A stretch of 64,000 bases of DNA, from the NCBI GenBank assembly GCA_021613535.1, contig CP075495.1:7378001-7442000 (forward strand). Reading direction: 5' to 3'. Under the pieces are notes generated by a model. The model did not search any database and was not told the DNA's origin. It saw only the letters and a program-made list of their open reading frames with translations. A program made the position numbers and the translations under genes. Position 1 is the stretch's first letter. Each line of letters opens with the position of its first letter. This document shows, in pieces, positions 1 to 16,458 of this stretch. Source of the DNA: Adineta vaga. Lineage: Eukaryota; Animalia; Rotifera.

Positions 1-3000
1 ACTAATCATCTACCAAAACCATGGGCATATCTACGTAAACCAACTGTACATGAAGTAAATTTTATTGAAACAATCAACTTTGAATCATTTTCTTCTATTC
101 TTAGAATGTTGATCATCGAATTCGTGAAGCAACGATAACTGAATGTGCAGTTGATCATGAAGTATTTAATAGAAACATGAGGTTTTTTTTCTTGTTTTTA
201 AGTCTAGTTATTTCTTTAGACACAATTTCTTGGTCGTTTACCTCCAGTTGTGAATGAACCAATCTCTGATGATCATGATTCTCCAGCCGGTGATATGAAA
301 ATTCAAAATTGGCGTGTTGGTCCAGCACGTTTATGGTATGATCACATAGGATTAAGTTTGGATTTATCTAATTATGATTATGGATTTAAATTGAAATCAT
401 CTCAAACGTTACAAACACAAATATCAAAAGAACAAATAGTAGACGAAGATGAATTACCAGGCAGTGCATCATTACCTGTGAATTTAATTCGTTGGGAAGA
501 TGATATTATCTATGATACAACAGTAGTACGTGAAAAATTAGATCTCAATACACCCAAAATACGCTATTGCGGTTGGGTACCAACTACGAATTATCGTTCG
601 TTAGCAAGTTTTCAAAAGAGTGTTTTTGGTATGAAATTTATCAATCATTAAAAAAGGCATACTGAATTAACTATTAATATTCTTTTTATTTCAGGTAAAA
701 ATGTTGATTATCTGGAAAATGGAAATGGTAAGATTGCAACGAATTTCCATGTTATTTTTAAAAGTGAAAAAATTATTTTAGATGATGATACAAAATATAA
801 ATCTTGGTATTCAATCTTTCCAATTGATAATTATGATTTAATGTATGGTGATTGGGAAAAAGATATTATTATTGATCCAGAAGTATGATTGATTGGCATT
901 ACCTTATCTTTGTTTGATTTAATTCCATTTTTTAGAATATGGAACGAATACGTGAACCATCCGAATTAATTCTTGATGAAAATGATGATCATTTAATTTT
1001 CGAAATACCTACGGATCCGAGTGATTGTCAAACTCGTCAACAACAACGTAATCGAGATTTACGCGAAAAAATCGATCCAAATACATCGATTAGTCCAACA
1101 AAAACTGGCAAAGGTCCACATAAAGTAAATTGAAATTTTTGTAAGCAAAAATTCTTGATCAATGTGGTTTTTCTCTCTTCAAGGACACACGAGGACGTGT
1201 CACACGAAAAGTTCTGACTGGTAGTGGTTTATTAAAAGACACAGAAGATAATGATGATGATCCTAATGATCAAACTGATAGTCCAAAGAATGATTTTTGG
1301 AATTTATCGAATGATGAATATTATAATCCCAGATTGATTGATTCCGTTGGTAAAAATCTTGGTTCACTTAATCTTCAAGTAAGTCAATTTTTTTCTTCTT
1401 TAAAAAGACTCGTTTTATATGCTTGGATTGTTTTCAGCATGCAACACCTGCCGTTGAACTCTGTCCTCAACTATTTCCTACGCATTTGAATGCAACAAAA
1501 TTACGTCATTTTCATCGACCAACAATCAAAAAAGTTCACGGAAAATTAAAACCTGGAGAATATCATCCTGTTCAATCTATTCAAAAACTTGCTGAAACAC
1601 GTGCTATTGTAAATTTCTTTGTTTTGTCTTTTTCGATTTTTATTTCATTATTTCCTTTTTAGGAGAGAGAAAAAGAACGACAAGCCTATGGTGGTGGCGA
1701 AATGTTCTATATGCGTCGTTTACAAGATTTAAGTGGTTTAGATAGTGATGTAATTCTTGCTGAATACAGCGAACAATATCCACCGTTATTAAATCAAATT
1801 GGTATGGCTACAAGAATCAAAAATTATTATAAAAAAGTCAGTTATTTATTCATCAAAAATATTAACAATGATTTGATTTTGTCATAATTTAGAAACCAGG
1901 AAAGCAAGATAATCCTCCAATGTTCGATTATGGCGAAATTGCCTATGCTCATACTTCACCATTTCAAGCTGATATGCTTCCGGGAGAAGTTTTACAAGTA
2001 AGAAAATCTTTGAATAGATTTCGAGTGATTTTCATTTTGTTTTTGACATAATTAGACATTTGAAAATCATATGTTTCGAGCACCAATCTTTAATCATGAA
2101 CTATCACCTACTGATTTTCTAATTCTTCGTACAAAACAAAATTATCATATAAGAAATGTAAAAAATATTTTTACAATTGGTCAACAATGTCCATTACAAG
2201 AAGTTCCTGGACCGAATTCAAAACGTGCAAATATATTTGCGAGAGATTTTCTTCAAGCATATATATTTCGTTTGTTTTGGAAAAGTCGTGATAAACCACC
2301 AAGAATTAAAATGGAAGATGTGAGAAGAGCTTTTCCACAAAATGCAGAGAATAGTATTAGAAAACGTTTAAAAATGAGTTCAGATTTCAAACGAACAGGA
2401 GGTTTGTTGTCTTGTAATGTTTTTTTTAAGTTTCTTTTGTTATATGATTTCATAGGTGTACATTGTAATTGGTGGGTATTGAGAAATGATTTTCGACTAC
2501 CAAGTCAAGAAGAAATTCGACAATTAGTAACACCCGAACAATGCTGTGCTTATTATAGTATGCAAGCAGCAGAACAACGATTAAAAGGTAAATATTTCTC
2601 GCAGGAGTATGTTCTATACAGATTGATAAGAAAATATCTATTGTCATAATATTTGATGATAAGATATCGAACTGTAATCTTAGAATAAAAACTGACTTGC
2701 TTTTGTTATTGTAGATGCTGGTTATGGTGAAAAAGTTCTTTTCGCTGCAGTAGATGAAGAAGCAGCTGATGAAAATGATCAAAACAAAATTGAAGATGAA
2801 GTATGATGCTATTATGAATTTGTTGTTTTGTAGAAATAGTTTTTCTCTAGGTAAAATGTGCTCCTTGGCATACAACAAAAGCATATCTTGATTCACTAAA
2901 AGGAAAATGTTGGTTACAATTACGTGGTTTTGCAGATCCGACAGGATGTGGTGAAGGATATTCATATGTTCGTGTTTCAAATAAACCAAATGCTCGAGTA

Positions 3001-6000
3001 AGTGATTTCTAATCTTTTGATATCAATTATTTTTCGATTTATATATTATTTGTATCTCTTTAGGAACCAGAAGCTGAAGTTGCACAAGCAAAAAAAATGG
3101 TTACAGGAACGGATGCTGATTTACGTCGTCTTCATTTGAAAGATGCAAAGAAACTTTTGAATAAATTTGGTGTAACAGATAGTTCAGTCCGAAATCTTTC
3201 TCGTTGGCAAATTATTGATATTGTTCGAACAATGTCAACACAACGTGCACGTGATGGAGAAGAGGGTGGTAAGTATTCCATATCAATCAACATTTCAATT
3301 GAATCTTTATTGTGTTATTAGCTGCGATGGCAAAATTTGCTCGTGGAAGTCGATATAGTCAAATGGAATATCAAGAGAAATACAAAGAAGATTGTCGGAA
3401 AATTTTCGAAGGACAAAATAAAACTTTATCATCAAATCATTTAACTTCAACGGATAATGAAACAAGTGGTGATGAAGATTCTGATGTAGATGAAATGACG
3501 AAGAATCTTGAATCAATGTTAGAACCAACTGTTTCGAAACAATCAATAGATATGAAATCACATGCCAATAATACAGATACAACGAAAAAATCAGTATGTC
3601 AACTAAAACAAATTTGAAATCATATTATTTTTATTTGTAGAGTAACCGAGTCTTGAGAATTATTCGTACATATGTTGATGATAATGGACGAGAACATCAA
3701 CGTGTTGAAACTGTACGTAAACCAATGGTCGTTGAAGCTTATTCGAAAATACGTACAACAAAAGATAATGATTTCATGTAAATCTTTTTTCCTATATGAA
3801 ATCTAATTTCTTATTTTTTCGAAATACTTATTTATATTTTAGTCGTCAATTTTTTGCTCTCGATGAAGATCAACGTGAAAGTTTACGTCGTGAACGTCGT
3901 CGTTTACAAGAACAATTACGTCGTGTTCGTCGACAAGATCGTTTACAACAACGTAATACAACAACACCATTAAATACAATCGATGGTCACCATTCTCCTT
4001 CATCACGATCATCAAATCCTTCACCCATTCGTAATTTACCAGCATCAAAATTACCACTTGATTCGGATACATATATGAAAGAAGGCAATACATTAGATGA
4101 TAATCGTACAGATTTATTTATGGAGAATAGTCATCATATCACATCAGCAAGTCAATTATTATCAACGTCGTTAGACAATTTAAATAGTAATAGTCAATCA
4201 GGATTTGCTCATTACTTTAGTTCAACATCATTTGGAGAAGAAGGACAAGAAAACAACGACATGATTAGTCCAACAGCATCAACAACAAATCCTTCGGATC
4301 CATCGGCAACACAAAAGAAAAGAAAAAAATCGGAAAAAGATCTTAAATGGGTAGGTTTTTTTCTCTATTAGAAATGCTTTATTGTTTGACTCGATGTGAA
4401 TGGATCATTATCGTGTAAATTTTCAACGAGACTCTACTGATACGCAGATCAAACTTGTAATCTATATCTTTAACGAATCTCTTTTGCTCTTAGATGTTAC
4501 AAATATCGTAGAGTTTTTATAGACAATATACAATATTGTTCAAAATGTTTTCATTTTTTTCCTTAGCTTAAATGTGGTGCATGCGGTGCTCAAGGTCATA
4601 TGCGAACGAATCGAGTTTGTCCAATGTATGGAAAAACAACCGGTGGAAATGGACAAAACAATATTAGTGTTGATAATGAAGATGCACAACATAGTTTTGA
4701 TGTATCAGCACTTGAAAACAATGCATCTATGAATATTGGAGATGTGTCCGTGAAGATGGTTGAAGGTGGTGGTACAAAATTAATATTTGCAAAAAATGTT
4801 CTTGATAAGTAAGTAAACTGATAAATTCTTTATGTGAAAGAACATTTTTCAATGATTATTTATCAGAGTATCATCAAAAGATCCTTCGAAAAGATCAAAG
4901 AAAACAAAAGGCTCCAAATCCTCATTAACTGGTCTCGATGTAACAGGAGATGGTGATGAATCAACAACGAATAGTCAATCGAATCCAATGATGTCACATA
5001 TGAATACAGATCGACCACCAACTCCTCCACCTATTGTTCATGTATCAAAAATGCAATTTATTCCACCAATAAAATCTTCATCCTCGTCTCCACCAGTTAA
5101 TTTAACTTATACACCAAAATCGAGTGGTACATTAAAAACAACTTTATCACATACAGGAAATAGACGTAAAAGTTCGACAACACCAACGATTGCTGATAAT
5201 AATTTCAGACATAATCAAAGTTATGTGAGTACAACTCCAACAACAACATTTCGTCAACAACCAACTTCAACACCGTTATCAACTGGTCCACTGGGTACAA
5301 TGTTTTCCTTTCCACCGAATACACCAACAACACCAACGCCATCATCAGCAGGTATTGATTATTTGGATAAACGTGCAAGAACTGTTCAGAGAAGACGAAT
5401 CGATCCACTTGTTAGTTTTGCTACTTTACTTGAAAGTATTCTCAATGAACTTCGTGATATGCCAGAAGTAAGTCATCTATTTCTTTACTTTCCTTTCCTG
5501 TCAAATAAAGAATTCAAATGGTATCATTCTAGGCAAACATGTTTTTAGCACCAGTCAACTCTCGATCATATCCTGCTTATTATGAAGTTATAAAAAATCC
5601 AGTTGATTTACAAACCATTCGTCAACGTGTCCTTGCTCATACGTATACTACTCGTGAAGAATTTCTAAATGATATACGACAATTAGTTGAAAATAGTCGT
5701 CAATTTAATGGAGAATATGATCAAATAACACGTGATGCTCAAACAATATTTGCTGCATGTTTTCAAAAATTTGCTGCTGTAAAGAGAAGCAATTTAAACG
5801 TTTTTATTTTATCTTCTTGTTTCGCCTTTTTAGAATGAAGATAAACTGATGAAATTAGAGAAAGCAATCAATCCTTTATTAGATGATGATTTTCATGTGG
5901 GTATATCACATTTATTTGAACGTATATTAACGGATCATTTGATGAATGTTGAAAATTCTTGGCCATTTCATCATGCAGTCAATAAACTTCGTTTTAAAGA

Positions 6001-6914
6001 CTATTATGATATTGTTAAAACACCCATGGATTTAGAAAAAATCAAAAATGTAAAAGATCTTTATTCAATATATTAATTTGCAAGATCATTTCTTTCTTCT
6101 TTTTTTAGAACATTCTTAAACATATTTATCGTTCACGTACAGCAATGTTAGCTGATGTTAATCTATTATATACAAACAGTGTACAGTACAATGGTGAAAA
6201 TCATTCAATTACAGCTATTGCATCAAAAATAGTACAGACATGTAAAGAACAATTTAGTGAACATGCTGAACAATTTGATGCACTTGAACGAAATCTTGAG
6301 CAACAAGCGTTAGGAACATCGAAAAGTGTTGATCAACAATCGAATGATATTGGATGGCAACAAATGATGACAACAGAAACGATGTCTAATTTTGCATTTA
6401 ATGCTTTAGTATCAGGTTAGTCAAGAAAATGAAAAATTCCTCCTTTTTGATACCATTGTTCTGTTTTTTTCTCAATATGATTTTTAGAATCAGATGAACA
6501 CACTGACTTACATAGTCCGACAACACCTGGTATGTCACTTGAAACATTTATTGCACGTGAACTTTCAGCAATGGAACAAAATATCCAAGCAATGGAAGCC
6601 CAAACTAATGAATCTAATGATGATGCAGAACGTGAAACTACTGAACCAACAACAACAGAAGATATTTTAGGTAAAAAATGTCGTTCTTACTTTTTAAATA
6701 GATCATTTGTTATTTATTTAATCTAAATATTGCAGGTGATATCAGTGAATCTGATACATCCGATGATGATGATGATTCACAAGTTCATCATCCTACTAAT
6801 TCAGCAACAAATGATACATCTGAACAATCTCACCATTCTAAAAAACGCTTGAAAACAACTCATACAACATCAACCGATGCAGCTGCACTTCAATTATCTG
6901 AAGATGAACTCTAA
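1..6914 (+). CDS. TAF1: TFIID subunit 1 (TAF1), multi-exon, 5' end outside window
   Basis: Spliced ORFs give [11 protein letters not shown]; DUF3591 core ([57 protein letters not shown]); zinc knuckle [19 protein letters not shown]; two bromodomains ([20 protein letters not shown]; [23 protein letters not shown]); acidic tail ending SEDEL-TAA at 6912-6914. Confidence 0.96.
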
Positions 6915-7032
6915 ATCTTTTATTTTGTTTATAAATATATACAAATGTATGTCCTTTCTTTTTTCGTATGATAATAAATAAACAAGATTAAAATAATTTC
7001 TTTAATTTTTAACAAATTATTTAACTTTTAAG

Positions 7033-8647
7033 ATGTCATCTGAGATTTTTGACGTGTTAATTATTGGCGGTGGTCTATCTGGTCTGTCGGCAGGAAACTA
7101 TCTATTCGATCATAATGTAAAACATTTTCGAATTCTTGAAGCTCGTGATCGTGTAGGAGGTCGAACATGCACAATTGATTATAATCAACATTCCGTTGAT
7201 GTTGGTGGTGCATATGTTGGCCCTTTTCAAAATCGTATTCTTCGATTAGCACGTGAATTTGGTATTCGTACTTATCGAGTTGATTACAAAGGAAAAAATA
7301 TTCTAACACTTTCCAATGGAAATCGATCCGTATATACAGGAACGATTCCAACTAATATAGGTATATTTTCATTACTTGACGTTAATTATTTACTATGTCG
7401 AACACAAGAATTATGTGAACAAATATCAAATCTTGCACCATGGTCAAATGAAATTTTATCCGAAAAATATGATGGTGTTACTGTCGAAGATTGGGTTCAG
7501 ACATTATCCGAAACGGAAGCAGGAAAAGAACTTTATCGAACTGCTGCTCGTATAGTACTTTGTGTTGAACCAAGTGAAGTATCAATGTTTGCTTGGCTAA
7601 CATATATTAACAATGGATTAGGAGTTATGCGTTTGTTTGAAGTTGATAATGGTGCACAAGAACGAAAATTTTTCGGTGGATCACAACAAATATCAGATCG
7701 TTTACGTACCAAATTAGGTACTGATCGTGTATTACTTAATCATGTTGTTAAACACGTACAATGGTCTCCAACAGGAGATCTAGTTAAAATTACATGTGAT
7801 AATAATGAACAATTTTCTTGTCGTCATTTAATTATCGCTTTAGCTCCATCACTCTACAAAACAATTCAATTTGAACCTGAATTACCTGAAAAAAAACGCG
7901 AAGCAACTGAACGCATGTATATGGGTTCAATTATTAAAACAATTACAGTATATGAACGACCCTATTGGAAAGAGATTGGTTTTTCTGGAAGTATACTTGA
8001 TACGGCACATGCATTAAATCCGGTGATCTTTTCTTATGATGATTCATCTGATCAAGATCGTTTCTATGCTATAATGGGTTTTAGTTGCTGATTCTAGTCG
8101 TAAATGGGCGAAATTAACAAAAGATGAACGTCGTCGAGCTGTTTGTGATCAATATGCACGTGCATTTCAATGTAATGATATGATTACCGGTTGTCGAGAA
8201 TATATCGAACAAGATTGGTCTGCTGAACAATTTAGTGGTGGTTGTTATACAGATATCATGCCTAAACAAGTACTATCATCATTACGAGAACAACTTTGGA
8301 CATCATGTGGAAATAATGGACAATTAGTTTTTGCTGGTACTGAATTAGCAACACGATTTTCGGGATATATGGATGGAGCAGTACAAGCAGGAGAAAAGGC
8401 AGCATTTGAAATCATGACAAAATATATGAAAACAAAGAGTGAACATTCATCCTTGAAATGGATAGATGAAGAACCAGTCGACGATAGGGAAGAATGTCGA
8501 TCAACCGATATTACTAAATTAATGTATGGGCCATCAAAAATTGAAATGTTATTACCTAAAGCATCAACAGTAAAATCTATTTTGAAAGTGGCTAGTATTG
8601 GTCTTATTGGCTTAGCAGCAATTATTATCAAGGCACGATATTTTTGA
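7033..8647 (+). CDS. Flavin-containing amine oxidase (MAO-A/B-like), intronless, frameshift at ~8080-8083 (sequence error or pseudogene)
   Basis: GGGLSGL dinucleotide fold, LEARDRVGGRT, VDVGGAYVG, GAQERKFFGGSQQIS, YMGSIIK, covalent-FAD motif SGGCY, FAGTELA..GYMDGAVQAG, C-terminal hydrophobic anchor. ORF 7033-8091 and the frame containing 8180-8647 join across a frameshift after AIMGF. Confidence 0.88.
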
Positions 8648-9257
8648 CCATGAGAAAGAAGCAATTACTCCAATTTTCAATATATTTTTCATTTTGACTT
8701 TTTCTAATATTTCTTATGATAGTTATTAACTTTCTGAATAAAATCTAAGGTATAGATATTCAATTCTATTCTCATAGTTACTTGATATTCCAAAGAGTGT
8801 CGCTAGTTGTCAATTGTATTTTTTTAATATTTATTTGAAATAATGGATATATTGAATGACAAAGAATCGTTTTGATAAAAAAGAACAAGATTGACATTTA
8901 AAGAAAAATTTAATTCAAATAAAATTCAATCGAAGTCAATTCTGATTGCTTGATTTGATGCTTTTTGTATAGATGATGTATGAGTCATTGCACATCAAAT
9001 GGTAACTGTTCATTTTAAATTGTTATTTTCCGCGGGTTAGAAAGATTTGTTTAATGGATGATGAAAAGATTTCATTTGAACTCAATCATTCTGACTGATA
9101 CACACAATTGAAAGATCCATATTCGATTGCACATCTATGAAAAGTTGCGATCAAAATGAATTGACATCTCTATACTATAATTTCAAATGACTTTTCTATT
9201 CTATTTCTTTTCTTTCTAGATTTGGTTATACGGTTGTAGTATTAACATCTGCTTCCA

Positions 9258-11423
<2,166 letters not shown>

Positions 11424-12758
11424 CGATTGTTTGCTTACAACGAAAAGATCTACATTTAGTTCATATCACATACATCTTGATCCATGACATAGCCGACATT
11501 TTTAACGAGATCATATTTCTGACGTAAATGTATATAAAAAAGATGATTTTGTTGTAAATGTAGTGATGGCGAAGAAGATTGTCTTTCATTTTGTTTTTTC
11601 TCTTCTCATTTTGTTTTCTATATGTATGTAAAAAGACATATGTTTTCATTAGAGTAGCAAATAGAAGAACGACATTGTTTTACTAAAAAAAACTTAGTTT
11701 TTGATTATACATTTCTTGTACAACACAGGTGCTTTGATTTCTTCGTCATTCGTCGGTTTTTTTAATACTGTGATGTACTTGAATATAGTTGTGTGTGATT
11801 CAAATACAAGATCGAGTTAATCAAATGGTCACTTGATTGAATAACTTGTTTCTTGACTTCCTAATATGTCTCTTCTCTTTTTCCTTGTAAACGTGTGTGC
11901 GTGTGTTCTCTCAATAGAACAGTTTTCGATACTGCGAGAGACAATACTTGGATGTTTGTTTTGTTCAATTATCTTTTCTCTTTGTCATTATCTGCTATTT
12001 TGTTTAGTAAATATGGTAGTATCATAATTGTTTAGAGCGAAACATCAGAAATAAAGATAAAATCATTGTGAATCAATGTATTGATATGTGAGAGATAAGT
12101 TATCTATATTTATAGCAACAGACATGTTTTCAATAAATATGTGTCTGTGAAATTGTTATGACAAAAAATAAGGTGAGAACAACTATTACCACATGAAAAC
12201 ATTCTTTAATTATGATATGAATATTTTATTACGATGATAGATATATTCCAACTGTACTAAATAATAACACCAGATGAATGCTATAGATTTTTATATTGAC
12301 AGAGTACACTCAATCTGATAATATATCCTCCCATGCTCGTATTTTTTATATGCATTTAGCATAGTATACTTTCAATGAAGTTTATTCTTAAACTAAAACA
12401 TGGATTCATGTCAAAAGTACAATAGTAGACACTTAATATCTTCCAGTTACTAGTGACCTCCAACTGGCCATCATGAATATAGAATGATTCTGATTCGTTC
12501 GTTGTATACGATATGTTTTATATATTGAAGTAAAAAAATCGTGAAAGTAAAATCATGCGACAAGTAATTACGACAATGTTTTGCAATTCTTCTCAATAAC
12601 AAAATAATAAAACCACAACAAGGTTATACAATAAATCTTGAAAATTGTGTTCCTTTTCTAATCATTTTTATTGATAAAATAGATTACAAAAAGAAAAAGC
12701 CGACTATTATTTTTACTTTTTAGATCATCCGTGATAAAAAGTGAATTGAAATAGAAGA

Positions 12759-14283
<1,525 letters not shown>

Positions 14284-14477
14284 TCAAGTAGCAAAATGAT
14301 AACAGTGATTAATTCGTGTGTGATAGCTTTTAATGTATAATCGTTGCTTTACGTTTTTGTAAATGGTGTGATTTCAATGTATTTGAGAAGAAAAAAAAAT
14401 GACAAATATATACTATTTTTCGAATTATTTAAATGAGAAACAAATTCTATATGTTATTCTAATTTTAGAAATATCAA

Positions 14478-16458
14478 ATGACAGATGAAAATTCCATATT
14501 AACTAATCTTGAAGATATATTTTTTCTTGATTCTCATTCATCTAAACAATATCTTGTTAAACTTTCTTCTACTGTTATTTCCATCATTCCACAAAACAAT
14601 GATCATAATCGTACACGTTTGATTTCAATTGATGATATCTACGGATGTTTATATATGAAAGCAAGAAGAAATGCAATTCAATGTCATTTAGTATTATATT
14701 TATATGCATTACAAAGAACAAAACTTTGTAATACACCTGTAACAAAAAATGAAACTCTACGTCGATCACAACAAGTTTTAACCTATGCAAAATTTCATGA
14801 TTTTGAAACTAATCTTAGTGAAATAATACGATGGCATCGATTGATAACTTCTGCAATTTATTTCAGACGAAATCTTCCTCGTAAGTTTGATAAAATTTAC
14901 TAGGATTAAAACAAAAGTCTTGAAACTTGTTTTTCTTATGATATTATAGCTGATATTGTCATGACCAAACGGGATAAACGTGTATTAGTTTTTGTAAATC
15001 CAGCAGGTGGTGCTGGTAAAGCTTATCGTCTTGTTATGGAACATGCCATTGGTGTATGGAGTGAAGCTGAATTGAACCATCAGATTATTGTGACAGGTAT
15101 ACGAACAACATCAAATTAAATCATTGCTTTTATTTTGTCAGATGAGAGAAATCACTATATTTTGTACACCTATTAAATTTGATTTGATTTAGAATATGCT
15201 GGTCATGCTCGTGATTATGTTCGAACTATTCAACTGGCTGATTGGAGTGGTATTGTTTTAGCATCTGGTGATGGTCTTATCTATGAGGTAGATCGTTTCT
15301 TCTTCTTTTTGTCTTCTATCACACTTGTCTATGTTATTCTTCTATGAACAGGTTATCAATGGTCTTATGAGTCGATCTGATTGGCAGGAAGCTCTTCAAT
15401 TACCTATTGGACATTTACCATGTGGTTCAGGAAATGCGTTTATCACAAATATTATACGTTATAGCAAGTAAGAGATTATTTTTCTTAATGTAATTATCTA
15501 ATCGTTTCATTTCTAGACAACCGATTATGAATTCAACGAAAAAATTTGTCGTACAAGCTGCAATACTTATTGCTACACATCATATCATTCCATTTGATTT
15601 AGCTGTTATTTATACATGTGATGCTCAACGACTTTTTTCATTTCTTTGTGTTGAATGGGGTATTATTGCTGATGTTGACTGTGATAGTGAAAAATATCGT
15701 TTTCTTGGTAGATATAGAATTTCATTTGTAATTTCGTTCATTCAAAAAGTTTCTTTCCTTTCGTATGATTTATAAAGGTGAAGCACGTTTTACAGTTGAA
15801 GCCGTCAAACGAATACTTCGTAAGTGAAAATGATTTCATTTGACTTTCATCTATTCTATCTATTTAGAACCACGTGTTTATAATGGTTATATTGATTATA
15901 TTCCATACGAATCAGCTGAGACAGCAGTTGACAGTGACCAGTCACCATTAAATAGATCGACGACTGAATTTCATCGTCATCTGGTACCATTTAATGAAGT
16001 TATTCCAACTGATTCAACAACAACTAAATGGCGACGAATCAATGGTCCATTTGCTCATGTATTAATTACATCAAAAGCGTCAATATCAAAAGATGTAGTT
16101 GCATCTCCACAATCAACTCTTTCTGATGGTTATTTGACATTACAATTCATACGTTCCGATGGTCTAACACGTACAAATCTTGCTAAAACATTCACAAAAT
16201 TATCTGATGGAAGTCATTTTGATTTCAATTTTGTTGAATGGATGCGCATTCGTGCATTTCGAATTGTACCTAACGAAACAGATGGAAATCTCATGGTCGA
16301 TGGAGAAAAAGTCCCTTATGGTAAATTGACCTCAACGTACATTTTAAAATCTTGATTTCATTGTTAATTTAGGCCCAATTCAAGGTGAAATTCTACCAGG
16401 TATAGCTCGATGTATGGGCAAAGAACCAAATCTCACTCGAGCATCGATAAATCTTTGA
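14478..16458 (+). CDS. SPHK: Sphingosine kinase, multi-exon
   Basis: VFVNPAGGAGKA, SGDGLIYEVINGL, LPCGSGNA, EWGIIADVDCDSEKYRFLGEARF, LMVDGE; spliced last exon ends at TGA 16456-16458. Confidence 0.92.

Noticed and set aside
2654-2695. C/D-box snoRNA (TGATGA...CTGA) in a TAF1 intron
   Set aside because: Boxes only ~40 nt apart and no terminal stem.
2253-5408. Antisense ORFs over TAF1 (and similar short shadow ORFs over PRKDC, CEP104 and the esterase)
   Set aside because: Shadows of real exons with no recognisable motifs.
8089-8091. TGA in the amine oxidase as selenocysteine or readthrough
   Set aside because: TAG follows two codons later, and homology continues in a different frame.
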